DNA of 64,000 nt from positions 184-64,183 of the forward strand of contig DATLTN010000032.1 of assembly GCA_035533595.1 (NCBI GenBank), written 5' to 3'. The position numbers and the translations under genes are program-made. Below, in pieces: positions 49,869 through 58,713 of the stretch. Under the pieces are notes generated by a model, which worked only from the letters and a program-made list of their open reading frames with translations, was not told the DNA's origin and searched no databases. This DNA is from Acidimicrobiales bacterium. GTDB taxonomy: Bacteria > Actinomycetota > Acidimicrobiia > Acidimicrobiales > Bog-793. Within the stretch, counting starts at the first letter, position 1, and each line of letters opens with the position of its first letter.

Positions 49869-51314
49869 CTACCAGATCGGGATCTGCGGGTTCTTCTTCC
49901 CGGTGTCGAACTCACCCTGGTTCCAGTTGGTCATCACCTGTTTCATCGCAGCCGTCGTATTGCCCGCTGAGGCGACGGCGAGTGGTTCCAGTACCGCGCC
50001 GTTGCCGTCGTCGATCTTGAATCCCCAGGAGACCGAGCCGTAGTACTGGCCCTTTTGGACACCGTCGATCGCGTGTGCGGTGGTCTCGAAGGTCATCTCG
50101 GACTTCTGGGGGTTCTTTTTGTCGCCCGCCGCGTTTGTCGCACCGGGCATGTTGGGCTTGTCGTAGAGCTTCGCGCTCCTTTCGGCGGTCTTCTTGAAGA
50201 TGAGGCCCTTCTTGTAGCGGTAGCCAAGCTGATAGTTGCTCGCCGTGCCCTGTTTCTGGGCCTCTGGGCTCATGTCGAGCTTGCTCATAGGCGTTGCGGT
50301 GATGCCTTGCTTGTCGCCGAGGTTGGGAGCCCCGTAAATCGGGTTGTTCATCTTAATATCCCGGTCGATATGGCTCTCCCCTTCGGAGCGTTGCGCTTTG
50401 CGCTTCTGTGCAGGCATCTGGGTTGTACTACCGGATTCGTAATCCTTCCGGGCACTGATGTCGTAGTTGGTGCCCCTCTCGATCTTCTTCGCTTTCTGGA
50501 TCAGTCCGATCTTCGTCGCATTGACTTTGCTGTTCGGGATGAACTCGAGCTCGATCTCTGCGCCGTCTTTGACCGGGCCGTAGTTGTTCGTCTGCCAGTC
50601 GCCACCGCTCGTCTGGACAGCGCGGTGAATGACCGTCCGTCCGATTGTGCTGCTCCCCTGTGCGACGTGGGTGAGCTCGTGCGCGACGAGCTCCTTACCC
50701 CTGGGAGACGACAGGTCAAACTCGCCGCTACCAAAGAAGACGTTATTTCCATATGTAAACGCCCGGGCACCGAGTTTGCCGCTCAGTTCGTGCGAATCGG
50801 TACCGTCGTGCACCCGGACATCAGAGAGATCGGCTCCCGTCGCCCGCTCCACCGCGGGACGGATTCCACCGTCCAGGGAGCGCCCGCCCCTGATTGCGGA
50901 GTGCAAGCGACGCTCAAGCTGGACCGGCAACGGAGCGCCAGACTCGCCTCCGCTGAGCCTCAGGGCGGGGGTCGCCTCGGTCGTTGCGCGCCGGACGGTA
51001 GTTTCCTCCCCCCTGTGCATGACGCCCGGCCGGCCGGAACTGCTTGCACCCCGCGCTCTTGGGCCCTCGAGATCGGCGACGACAGCACGTGCAACATCAT
51101 CTGCGTTGCGCTCATGGTCGCTGCCAGCGTCCCCGACGAGGATGTTGGATGATCCGGGATCGTGTCGATTCTGGAGTAGCGCGGTAACGGCGCGGTTGCC
51201 GACAGTTCGTTGGAGCATGAGCACGGACCGCTCGCCTGAAGCGATCTGGTCGAGCGGGCCCGCGGCCGGGAAACGTCGCGCGCTCGTCGGAGCATTGTCA
51301 CGTCGATTCGCCAT
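49869..51314 (-). CDS. DUF4157 (eCIS core domain) protein with variable C-terminal effector-like domain
   Basis: LQRTVGNRAV, DLSDVRVH, ARAFTYGNNVFF, AHELTHVAQ (HExxH); Lys/Asn-rich, lower-GC C-terminal domain. Confidence 0.85.
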   Translation of the reverse strand: MANRRDNAPTSARRFPAAGPLDQIASGERSVLMLQRTVGNRAVTALLQNRHDPGSSNILVGDAGSDHERNADDVARAVVADLEGPRARGASSSGRPGVMHRGEETTVRRATTEATPALRLSGGESGAPLPVQLERRLHSAIRGGRSLDGGIRPAVERATGADLSDVRVHDGTDSHELSGKLGARAFTYGNNVFFGSGEFDLSSPRGKELVAHELTHVAQGSSTIGRTVIHRAVQTSGGDWQTNNYGPVKDGAEIELEFIPNSKVNATKIGLIQKAKKIERGTNYDISARKDYESGSTTQMPAQKRKAQRSEGESHIDRDIKMNNPIYGAPNLGDKQGITATPMSKLDMSPEAQKQGTASNYQLGYRYKKGLIFKKTAERSAKLYDKPNMPGATNAAGDKKNPQKSEMTFETTAHAIDGVQKGQYYGSVSWGFKIDDGNGAVLEPLAVASAGNTTAAMKQVMTNWNQGEFDTGKKNPQIPIW

Positions 51315-51647
51315 CCACCGCTGCTGCCGCAAGACGCCCAACGTCTCCCACCTCGGCGCATGAGTCTAAAAAATGTTCAGCGCGGCACAGGGCACCGCAC
51401 TGACGCGGATGGTATCGCGGAAGGTCGGTCAGCGGTAAGGAGAGTTGTTCCGTCCGCCGTGGAGTTGGAAGTCAGACGTTCATCGCCTCCGAAATCGGTC
51501 TCGACCTCCCCACCAGGGCATACGCGGTGGTAGCGGGCTGACCACGTGTTGGTCCGTCCCTGATGCGCCTTGAGGGTGTGCGGGAACAGAACTTCGTACC
51601 GAACGACGCTCGACGCCGCGGCAATAGCCGACCCGATCCACGGTTCG

Positions 51648-51842
51648 CGCCGCATCTGTCGTCCCGCTGCCCCTGGTCCGAGAGAGCCACGAAGAAGAGC
51701 ACCGGGGCTCCGCCCCCCGCCCCCCGGCCCTTTCAGGGAGAGCCCTCGGGGCGGACGCCACGAACGAGGAGCTGCGAGGCGCAGCTCGGACCGAGCCAGG
51801 GACGTTCGAGTTCTGCCGGACCCTGGTGGGGGTTGCGGGCGC
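51648..51842 (+). repeat. dispersed structured repeat, copy B (longest)
   Basis: 49 bp identical to copy C (51672-51720 = 52829-52877) and shares its 3' half with copy A. Confidence 0.9.
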
Positions 51843-52008
51843 GAGGCCGATTCGGCGCTCGCGCTGGACCGGCCTCCGGGCGCTGATCTGTGCGCGCCCT
51901 ACCCGGTGGTAGCTGACACAGGTCTCAACCCAGCTCCCGGCACGCGTTAAGGGCTAACTGACTGCCGATCCGGTTGGGACGACGATGCGGCATCTCCGAA
52001 GCAATGCC

Positions 52009-52629
52009 CTACGTGGCAGGGTGTCCGTGTACTCGCTTGTACTGCTTTGTCGCGGCGGCGATGAGCTGTGCCTGAGTAGGCGGCTTCTTGGGATTGCCGG
52101 ACCACCCAAACCCAAGCAGGTACAGGAATGCCCCGTCTGCAAAGACGACGTTGTAGCCAGTACCTGAACTTCCGCTCAGTCGGTAGCCACGAGCGTTGGG
52201 TATTCCGCTGACTCGGAACGACTGGTAGGTGTCTGGCGACTTGGTCGTCGACTTCTCCTTCTGGACGTCGGCGGCGAGCTCACTTAGGGCATCCTTCGGC
52301 GCGCCCAACTGCATGACCCACGAAAGTCCGCTCCAGGGCTCTTGTATGGGCGTGCCGAGCTGGCGGATGACCACGGCAACGAAGCCCTCCTTGCGAAGTC
52401 GGGCGATATCTGTCGCAGATTGAGCCGCGGTATCGCCCGAGCCGCTCTCCCACTGCTGAGAAGTCTTGTCCAGTGTCGTCGACTGTCCAGACACGGACAC
52501 GAAACCGGGAAACTCACTCGATTCGATCAGGCGAGCGCTGAGCGATAACGGTGTCGTGGTAGCCGCGGCAGTACCCGCCGCCGACAGCGCGAGCACGACC
52601 GCCACTCCGATGATCCTGATGGGACGCAC
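52009..52629 (-). CDS. secreted hypothetical protein
   Basis: Signal peptide (RIIGVAVVLALSAAGTAAA); open reading frame between repeats B and C. Confidence 0.7.
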   Translation of the reverse strand: MRPIRIIGVAVVLALSAAGTAAATTTPLSLSARLIESSEFPGFVSVSGQSTTLDKTSQQWESGSGDTAAQSATDIARLRKEGFVAVVIRQLGTPIQEPWSGLSWVMQLGAPKDALSELAADVQKEKSTTKSPDTYQSFRVSGIPNARGYRLSGSSGTGYNVVFADGAFLYLLGFGWSGNPKKPPTQAQLIAAATKQYKRVHGHPAT

Positions 52630-52804
52630 AAGCGGACCCTTGTCTTGATCCAACCTCGTGTCAAGCAACGCTCTTGGACGGACGACCGTCCGTGAAGAGG
52701 CGTTGTGGGAGACCGAAGGGTGCCCCGCTCGTGCCGGTCGCGAACACAGATTGCACGCCCGAATGACAGTCGAGTGTCAAGAGACGGCAGCGCAGATCAG
52801 ATCT

Positions 52805-52933
52805 CGCCGCATGTGTCGTCCCGCTACGCCTGGTCCGAGAGAGCCACGAAGAAGAGCACCGGGGCTCCGCCCCCCGCACCCCCGCCCGTTCGAGGAGAGA
52901 TCCTCGGCGGACGCCGCGAACGACGAGCTGCGA
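52805..52933 (+). repeat. dispersed structured repeat, copy C
   Basis: Aligns with copy B over about 130 bp; diverges after GAGCTGCGA. Confidence 0.9.
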
Positions 52934-53158
52934 TCCGGGCTCGGTTCGAGAACGGTGACATTGCGATGGTTGCGGCCCTGCTGATAGTCGCGGGCGCCTG
53001 TCAATCCGCGCTTCGCAGGAACACGCCTACCTAAGCATTCCAACCAACCGTGCCTATCCCCAGTGATGTGGCATTCGCCTTCGCTGGTGCCCCGCCGAAG
53101 TGCGATCCGGCCATGACCCGATGCCGCGGCTACGTCGAGAAGAGCTGAATGTTGTCGC

Positions 53159-53195
53159 GAGCGGACCCGGGAGCAAGTGGCCCCCGGGTCCGCTC
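53159..53195 (-). terminator. 13-bp GC-rich hairpin downstream of the peroxiredoxin-like gene
   Basis: GAGCGGACCCGGG (53159-53171) / CCCGGGTCCGCTC (53183-53195). Confidence 0.6.
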
Positions 53196-53206
53196 CTTAT
53201 CCTCCG

Positions 53207-53680
53207 TCAGCGAGAACGTTGACGGTTGACGTAGGTGATTACGTCGTCGGGGACGAGGCGTCCGATCGTCTTCGACGAGTACACCGCGACCTCGATTCGT
53301 CCGTCAGGTGTCAGGAGGAAGTTCGACGCCTCGAGCACCCCGCGGTCACGGTTTATGTAACCCCTGAGCAGCATGGCCATCTCCTCGAGATCGACGCCGT
53401 AACCGATCGGGAAGGTGAGGCCGTGCCGGTCCACCGTCTCCTTCGCGTGCGCCCCGTCGTCGACCGAGAAGGCCACGACCGCAATCCCCGCCTCGGTAAG
53501 ACGCGGCATCGCCTCCTGGAAGCTCGCCAGGTGCGCATTGCAGAAGCCGCACCACGACCCGCGGTACGCGAGCACCGCGGCATACGAACCAGCGAGATCG
53601 TCTGGCAATACGAGCCTTCCGCCGCCGACGACCGGAAGCTCGAATTTCGGGAAAGCGTCGCCGTTGTTGAGACCTTCCAT
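53207..53680 (-). CDS. AhpC/TSA peroxiredoxin-like (redoxin) protein
   Basis: GDAFPKFEL, YRGSWCGFC (CxxC), VAFSVD, NFLLTPDGRI. Confidence 0.85.
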   Translation of the reverse strand: MEGLNNGDAFPKFELPVVGGGRLVLPDDLAGSYAAVLAYRGSWCGFCNAHLASFQEAMPRLTEAGIAVVAFSVDDGAHAKETVDRHGLTFPIGYGVDLEEMAMLLRGYINRDRGVLEASNFLLTPDGRIEVAVYSSKTIGRLVPDDVITYVNRQRSR

Positions 53681-53872
53681 CTTGTCCACTCCCTCTGTGG
53701 CGAACGCGCGACCAAGTATCTCGTGAAACGCGCTCTCGTCGATTGACGACCGTCGGGGTACCTGCACCTTCGGTAGTCGTAACTCTTCGACCAGACAACT
53801 CCGTCGTGCCACGAGTCTGGCTGCCGACGAGTCGCCTGGCACCGATGGGGCACGCGCAACGTCGTTACGTGG

Positions 53873-54550
53873 CTACGGCGCGACCCTCGCCATCGAGACG
53901 CGAACGGCCTCAAGTGCGCCGTCAGGCAGACTTTTCGCGCCACCGAGGGCCATCGCCCCCAATTCCGCCTCGGCTGCTTCCTCGAGGACAGTGAGCAGTG
54001 CCGCGGTCGCTTCCACGCTTGCTCCGAACACGAGCACGCCGTGATTGCCGAGGAGGACGGCGTTTGTGCCAGGGCGTTCCCGGACAAGTTCGACGATCGC
54101 CTCGACGGAACGCTCCGATCCGCGCGGCGCCCACGCAGCGACTGGCACCTCCTCTGCTTGCCCGAAGCGGAGCAGCGCCTCGTAGCGGGCGGGAACAGGA
54201 AGGTTCGCCATCGCGAAGGCAAGGAGGTTCGGCGAGTGGGTGTGGACGACGGCACCGACCTCAGGGCGTGCGAGGTAGACCTTGGTGTGCATGGTGATGA
54301 TCTCGGCATTGGTCGGAGCGAGATCGCCTTCGACGAGGCCTCCATCGAGGCGGACCACCGCGAAGTCTTCGACCGTGAGCTCCCGCACCTGACCGGTTGA
54401 CGTGAGGACTATCTCCTCAGAATTGACCCGCGCCGAGAAGTTGGCGTGGCCTGAGTGCGACATGATGCCAGCCCGAAAGAATCCTGACGATGCGTTGACG
54501 ACAGCAATCCGCTCGTCGAGGTGAGACGGGCCATGTGAGGTCGTGGTCAT
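53873..54550 (-). CDS. class II aldolase/adducin family protein
   Basis: GHANFSAR, MHTKVYLARPEVGAVVHTHSP, NHGV; RBS before ATG 54550. Confidence 0.88.
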   Translation of the reverse strand: MTTTSHGPSHLDERIAVVNASSGFFRAGIMSHSGHANFSARVNSEEIVLTSTGQVRELTVEDFAVVRLDGGLVEGDLAPTNAEIITMHTKVYLARPEVGAVVHTHSPNLLAFAMANLPVPARYEALLRFGQAEEVPVAAWAPRGSERSVEAIVELVRERPGTNAVLLGNHGVLVFGASVEATAALLTVLEEAAEAELGAMALGGAKSLPDGALEAVRVSMARVAP

Positions 54551-54705
54551 CGCCTTCTCCTTCCGGCGCTCACTCGGAGTGGCGAGAGGCCGAGCGTAGT
54601 TCGGAGGTCGTGGTGAGCCTGTCGGACTCATGCTGATCGCCCGCCTCGACCCTGGTCACCTCCCCGGAATCGAATAGCGTCGCGCCAACCGGGAGGAGGG
54701 CACCC

Positions 54706-55653
54706 ATGACTGAGGCAGCCGTGATGACCATCGTCGACTTCCACTGTCACTACGCGGGCCCCGAGTGGCCAGCCTTGCCACCTGTCAACTCCCTCCCGGA
54801 GCATGTTGCGCGCTGGATGGGACTCGCGCAGCGCATTGCTGACCTTGATGGCCTGCTCCGCGAGCAAGCAGAAGTCGGGATGGACCTCCGAGTGCTGAGT
54901 GCACCCCCAGCGCTTGTCACACCGGATGGCGAGCGTCTTGGGATTCCTGTCATGCGGGCGATGAACGACCATCTCGCCGAGGTCCTCGACCATCGCGACC
55001 ACCTTGCAGGGCTCGCCACGATCGATGCGTTTCAGGGCGATGATGCAGCCCTTGAGGTTGAGCGGGCGAGCCGCGAGCTCGGCCTTTCGGGAATCGTGGT
55101 CGACTGTGCGCACGGTGACCGCTTTCTCGATGCCCCCGAAGCACGTGCGACGCTGCAGGCCGCTGCCGATCTTGGGGTGCCGGTCTTCGCTCACCCCGTC
55201 AGCCTGGCTGAGCTCAGCGCGGAACTTGCACCGCTGGGGAACTGGGGACGGATGCTCGCCCGCGGCACTTCGAGCGCGGCAAGCTTGCTTGCTCTTGTGA
55301 ACTCCGGCGTGCTGGACGAGGTGCATGGGCTGCGGATCGTGTTCGCCTGGCTCGGTGGCGGCGGTCTTGTCGTAGCGGGAACCCTGCAAGGTGCCGAGCG
55401 CCTGAGGCGCACGACGCCCGAGGCCGAGCGTTGGCATATTTACTTCGACACGATGGGCTTCGAGCCGAGCGCGGTGCGCTACGCCGTCGATCTCCTCGGA
55501 AGCGATCACGTTCTCGTCGGGAGCGACTGGCCGATCGGTCTGACCGCAGCGACGCGCGCGCGGGTGGCTGCAACGCTCGCTGCCGCCGGTCTCGACCCAG
55601 CCGACCAGGAGCGAGTCAGCTCAGCGAACGCGCTTGAATTGTTGGGACGCTGA
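54706..55653 (+). CDS. amidohydrolase_2 family (ACMSD/LigW-like decarboxylase or hydrolase)
   Basis: DFHCH, FAHP, YFDT and GSDWP motifs. Confidence 0.85.
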   Translation: MTEAAVMTIVDFHCHYAGPEWPALPPVNSLPEHVARWMGLAQRIADLDGLLREQAEVGMDLRVLSAPPALVTPDGERLGIPVMRAMNDHLAEVLDHRDHLAGLATIDAFQGDDAALEVERASRELGLSGIVVDCAHGDRFLDAPEARATLQAAADLGVPVFAHPVSLAELSAELAPLGNWGRMLARGTSSAASLLALVNSGVLDEVHGLRIVFAWLGGGGLVVAGTLQGAERLRRTTPEAERWHIYFDTMGFEPSAVRYAVDLLGSDHVLVGSDWPIGLTAATRARVAATLAAAGLDPADQERVSSANALELLGR

Positions 55654-55813
55654 CGCGATTGGGCCAGCAATGGCGCAATTGCCTACCTACGGCCGGCATC
55701 AGATTTCGTCGGCGATGGCCGTGCGTCCGCGATGATGAGTCGAGGTGTATCTGACACCGACGCCCACGTATGGTCGCCAGTTGTCCTGATGCCAGCAAGA
55801 GATGGGGTTCCTC

Positions 55814-56686
55814 ATGAGCAGCAACGTGGACGGACATTTGAAGGTCGCCCCGAATGGTCGGGCCTTTGACCTCCCGGTGCTGGTTGGGATCGAGGAGGGG
55901 ATCTTCGAGAGTCGCGGCCTGAGTGTTGAGCTCTCTGGCCGCTACGAGGATCGCCCGCTCGCGGAGCGCGACGTCTTTGCCCGCCTGAAGGAATCACAAT
56001 TCGAGGCAGGAATCGCTGACGTCTACAACGTGTGCGAATGGGCGAGCATCGACCGACTCGAGCGTGGCAGCCGACCGGGGCAGGTCGCGATCCTGCGGGC
56101 GGCCGTCGCCTCGCAGGCGCTGCTCACCTTTGACCCGACGCTGAACGAGCCGCACGATCTCGGTGACATTCCCGTCGGGGTGAACGAGTTCACCGGATCC
56201 CACTACACGACGTTGCAGCTCCTCGAGGGCGCGCTTCCGCGCGAGCGCGTCCGCATCGAACACGTCGGCGGCCCGGACTACCGGATGGAGCAGCTCCGCT
56301 CGGGGGGCTCCAGAGTCGTTGCGCTCATGGAGCCGTTCATCAGTTTGGCCCTCAAGCTCGGGGCGCACATCATCGCCTCGACCTTCTACCGGGGCGCTGA
56401 GGTCGTCGGTGCCAACCTCTCCTCCGACGCGCGAAGCGCCTACTTAGATTCGATCAACGAGGCGGTCGATCGGATCAATGCAGCACCGACTGACTACGCG
56501 CACCTGTTGGTGGAACCCACCAACGGCGAGCTTCGCCCCGAGGAGCTGTCCGGCCACTTCCTCCACTACATCCACGTCACGCCGTATCCGCGCGAGCGGC
56601 TCACCGAGACCTACAGCTGGATGCGCTCTTGGGGCCTCGCCGGGGGCGAAGTACTCCCCGAACAGCTCGTCGCGCTCGAGGGATGA
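55814..56686 (+). CDS. NMT1/THI5/SsuA-like substrate-binding protein
   Basis: LPVLVGIEEGIFESRGLSVEL N-terminus; GSHYTT; EPF; overall family-like layout. Confidence 0.65.
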   Translation: MSSNVDGHLKVAPNGRAFDLPVLVGIEEGIFESRGLSVELSGRYEDRPLAERDVFARLKESQFEAGIADVYNVCEWASIDRLERGSRPGQVAILRAAVASQALLTFDPTLNEPHDLGDIPVGVNEFTGSHYTTLQLLEGALPRERVRIEHVGGPDYRMEQLRSGGSRVVALMEPFISLALKLGAHIIASTFYRGAEVVGANLSSDARSAYLDSINEAVDRINAAPTDYAHLLVEPTNGELRPEELSGHFLHYIHVTPYPRERLTETYSWMRSWGLAGGEVLPEQLVALEG

Positions 56687-56730
56687 GACCGAGCTGAGGA
56701 CACAGAGCAGTTGATCGACTCTCGAGGTCG

Positions 56731-56875
56731 CCTCGACACAGAGGAACTGCAACGACCGCACGAGGTCGGCCGCGGCGAGCAGGCAGAAGCGTCAGTTCTT
56801 GTTCGCCTCGCGATCGAAGGGAAAGCGCAAGAGCCCGCAGTCCTTCTGGCTCGAGATGTGCTCTTCGAGGAGGCG
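56731..56875 (-). pseudogene. IS1380-family transposase C-terminal relic
   Basis: Minus-strand translation RLLEEHISSQKDCGLLRFPFDREANKN*...AADLVRSLQFLCVE resembles, from memory, the IS1380-type E..I...KD.GL..FP....AN..W...AADL..W.QLL segment; W codon now TGA. Confidence 0.5.
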
Positions 56876-56897
56876 TGGGCACCGAGCGGCTGGTGTC

Positions 56898-58481
56898 TCA
56901 ATCCTGGCCGGCCGCCCGGCGGAGAACGGCTGCGGGGTCGGACGGAGATTCGTCGCCACACCACGCCACGTACTGGTCGGGGCGAATGAGAACGAGGCGC
57001 GCTCCGAGCTCGGCGCGGGAGCCCTCATAGGTATCGGTCACCACGGAGAGCGGCACGCCGAGCGCCTTCGCGTCCTCGGAGAACGCGTCGTGCGCGCCGC
57101 CGGCAAGATCGAGGAGCGTAAAGCCGGTGCTGAGCTCTTCGAATACGTTCCGGCCCGACGAGAGCACCACGGGCGCGAGATGGTGGCCCGCCCTCGCCTC
57201 GAAGGAGTGTCGACCCTCGGCGCCCACCTTGGCACCCGGGGGGCCGAAGACGACCGGCGAGCCCTCATAATTCGGCTCGTAGGTCGGTGCCGCCGTGTCG
57301 CCCTGCGTGCGCTTGTCCCACTCGGCCTCGAACTCGGCGCGATTCCGCTCGGGTGAATAGCGCTCGAGGAAGTCCCGCTCGGTCGCGATCCAGCCCGCGA
57401 TCACCTCCTCGCCGGTCTCCTTGAAGACCGGCTGCCGCTCGAGACTGTAGGACTCGAGAAGTTGATCCCCGCCCCAGCCTTCGAGGGCCGCAGCGAGCTT
57501 CCATCCAAGGTTCGCGACGTCCTCGAGGCCGGTGTTGAGACCGAAACCCCCGTAGGGCGGGTGGCTGTGCGCCGCGTCGCCGGCGATGAAGGTCCGCCCC
57601 GCGCGGTAGGTGGTTGCGGCCTCGATCCGCAGCTCCCAGAAGCCGACATGGGAAAACTCGATCGGGAACTCGAACCCGGCCGCCTCATAAATGAGACGCT
57701 TCATCTCCTCGCGGTCGTCCGTCTTGGTCTCCCATGGCACTGGCCCGTGGTAGAACCAGGTCTGGCCGACCTCGACCCGCCCGAAGAACTGCCAAATGCC
57801 GCGGTGCTCAGGCTTCATGACCCGGTAGGTCGTGCGCTCTGGATACCGGGTGAGCGCGTCGTGGAGCTCGGTCGAGCGGAAGACGGCGAGGAGCATCTTC
57901 TGGTCGTAGTTCGGACCCTCGCGCTCGATGCCGACCGACTCGCGCACGAGAGAGCGGGCTCCGTCACAACCGACGAGGTACTCGGCAGTGATCTCGTCCT
58001 CTTCGTAGGGCCACTCCTCGCCAGCGATCCGCACGCGCACCTCGGCGCCGTCGTGGCTGATCTCCTTGGCCATCCAACCGAAACGCGCCTCGACGGACGG
58101 CAGCTCGGCCATTCGCTCGCGCAGCACCTCTTCGGTCAGGAACTGCGGCAGACGCTCGTTGCGTTGGAAGTAGTAGTCCCGGATCCGCTCGAGGCCTGCG
58201 GTCACGTGCCAGTAGTCCGAGCGGAAGTCACGGTAGGCGGTGAGCCCGCCGATCGGGTAGCCGGGAGGGAGCAGTCGCCGCCCGCGCAGCTCCTCGACGC
58301 AGTGCCAGAAGTAGAAGTGCTCGAGCGTTCGCTGAGTGAGATTCTGGCCCTTCGGGATCCGACCGACACCGAGGTGGCGCTCGACGACGATGCAGCTCAC
58401 CCCTCGCTGGCCGAGCTCGACCGCGAGTCCTACCCCGACCGGACCGCCACCGACGATCACAACCTGTACGTGCCCTGGCAC
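56898..58481 (-). CDS. FAD-dependent monooxygenase (PheA/TfdB/aklavinone hydroxylase-like)
   Basis: GGGPVG, GCDGARS, GDAAHSHPPYGGFGLNTG; thioredoxin-like C-terminus (LIRPDQYVAW). Confidence 0.9.
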   Translation of the reverse strand: MPGHVQVVIVGGGPVGVGLAVELGQRGVSCIVVERHLGVGRIPKGQNLTQRTLEHFYFWHCVEELRGRRLLPPGYPIGGLTAYRDFRSDYWHVTAGLERIRDYYFQRNERLPQFLTEEVLRERMAELPSVEARFGWMAKEISHDGAEVRVRIAGEEWPYEEDEITAEYLVGCDGARSLVRESVGIEREGPNYDQKMLLAVFRSTELHDALTRYPERTTYRVMKPEHRGIWQFFGRVEVGQTWFYHGPVPWETKTDDREEMKRLIYEAAGFEFPIEFSHVGFWELRIEAATTYRAGRTFIAGDAAHSHPPYGGFGLNTGLEDVANLGWKLAAALEGWGGDQLLESYSLERQPVFKETGEEVIAGWIATERDFLERYSPERNRAEFEAEWDKRTQGDTAAPTYEPNYEGSPVVFGPPGAKVGAEGRHSFEARAGHHLAPVVLSSGRNVFEELSTGFTLLDLAGGAHDAFSEDAKALGVPLSVVTDTYEGSRAELGARLVLIRPDQYVAWCGDESPSDPAAVLRRAAGQD

Positions 58482-58619
58482 TCTCACTCCTCACTTGCGA
58501 ACCGGAGCAACGTGGACGAGCCGGTGCAGTGCCGCGTTCGGTCAACACCGTCCAGCCGAGGCCGACCCCGAACGCCGCTCGTTGCTGATGTTCTCGCTGC
58601 TGTTGCTCGAACGACGCGC

Positions 58620-58658
58620 GCCGCCGGTTCTGGCCCAGATCGTGCCAGAACCGGCGGC
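58620..58658. terminator. 15-bp perfect inverted repeat between the SBP and monooxygenase genes (terminator or mRNA stabiliser)
   Basis: GCCGCCGGTTCTGGC (58620-58634) / GCCAGAACCGGCGGC (58644-58658). Confidence 0.55.
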
Positions 58659-58713
58659 ACCTCACAGGCAAAGTCGGCGCGAGGCCGGCTTCACCCCATT
58701 GGCGAGTCGGCGC

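Noticed and set aside
51377-51647. 92-aa minus-strand ORF abutting repeat B (RYEVLFPHTL...GGEVETDFGG)
   Set aside because: Could be a truncated gene fragment, but there is no clear start, RBS or family motif
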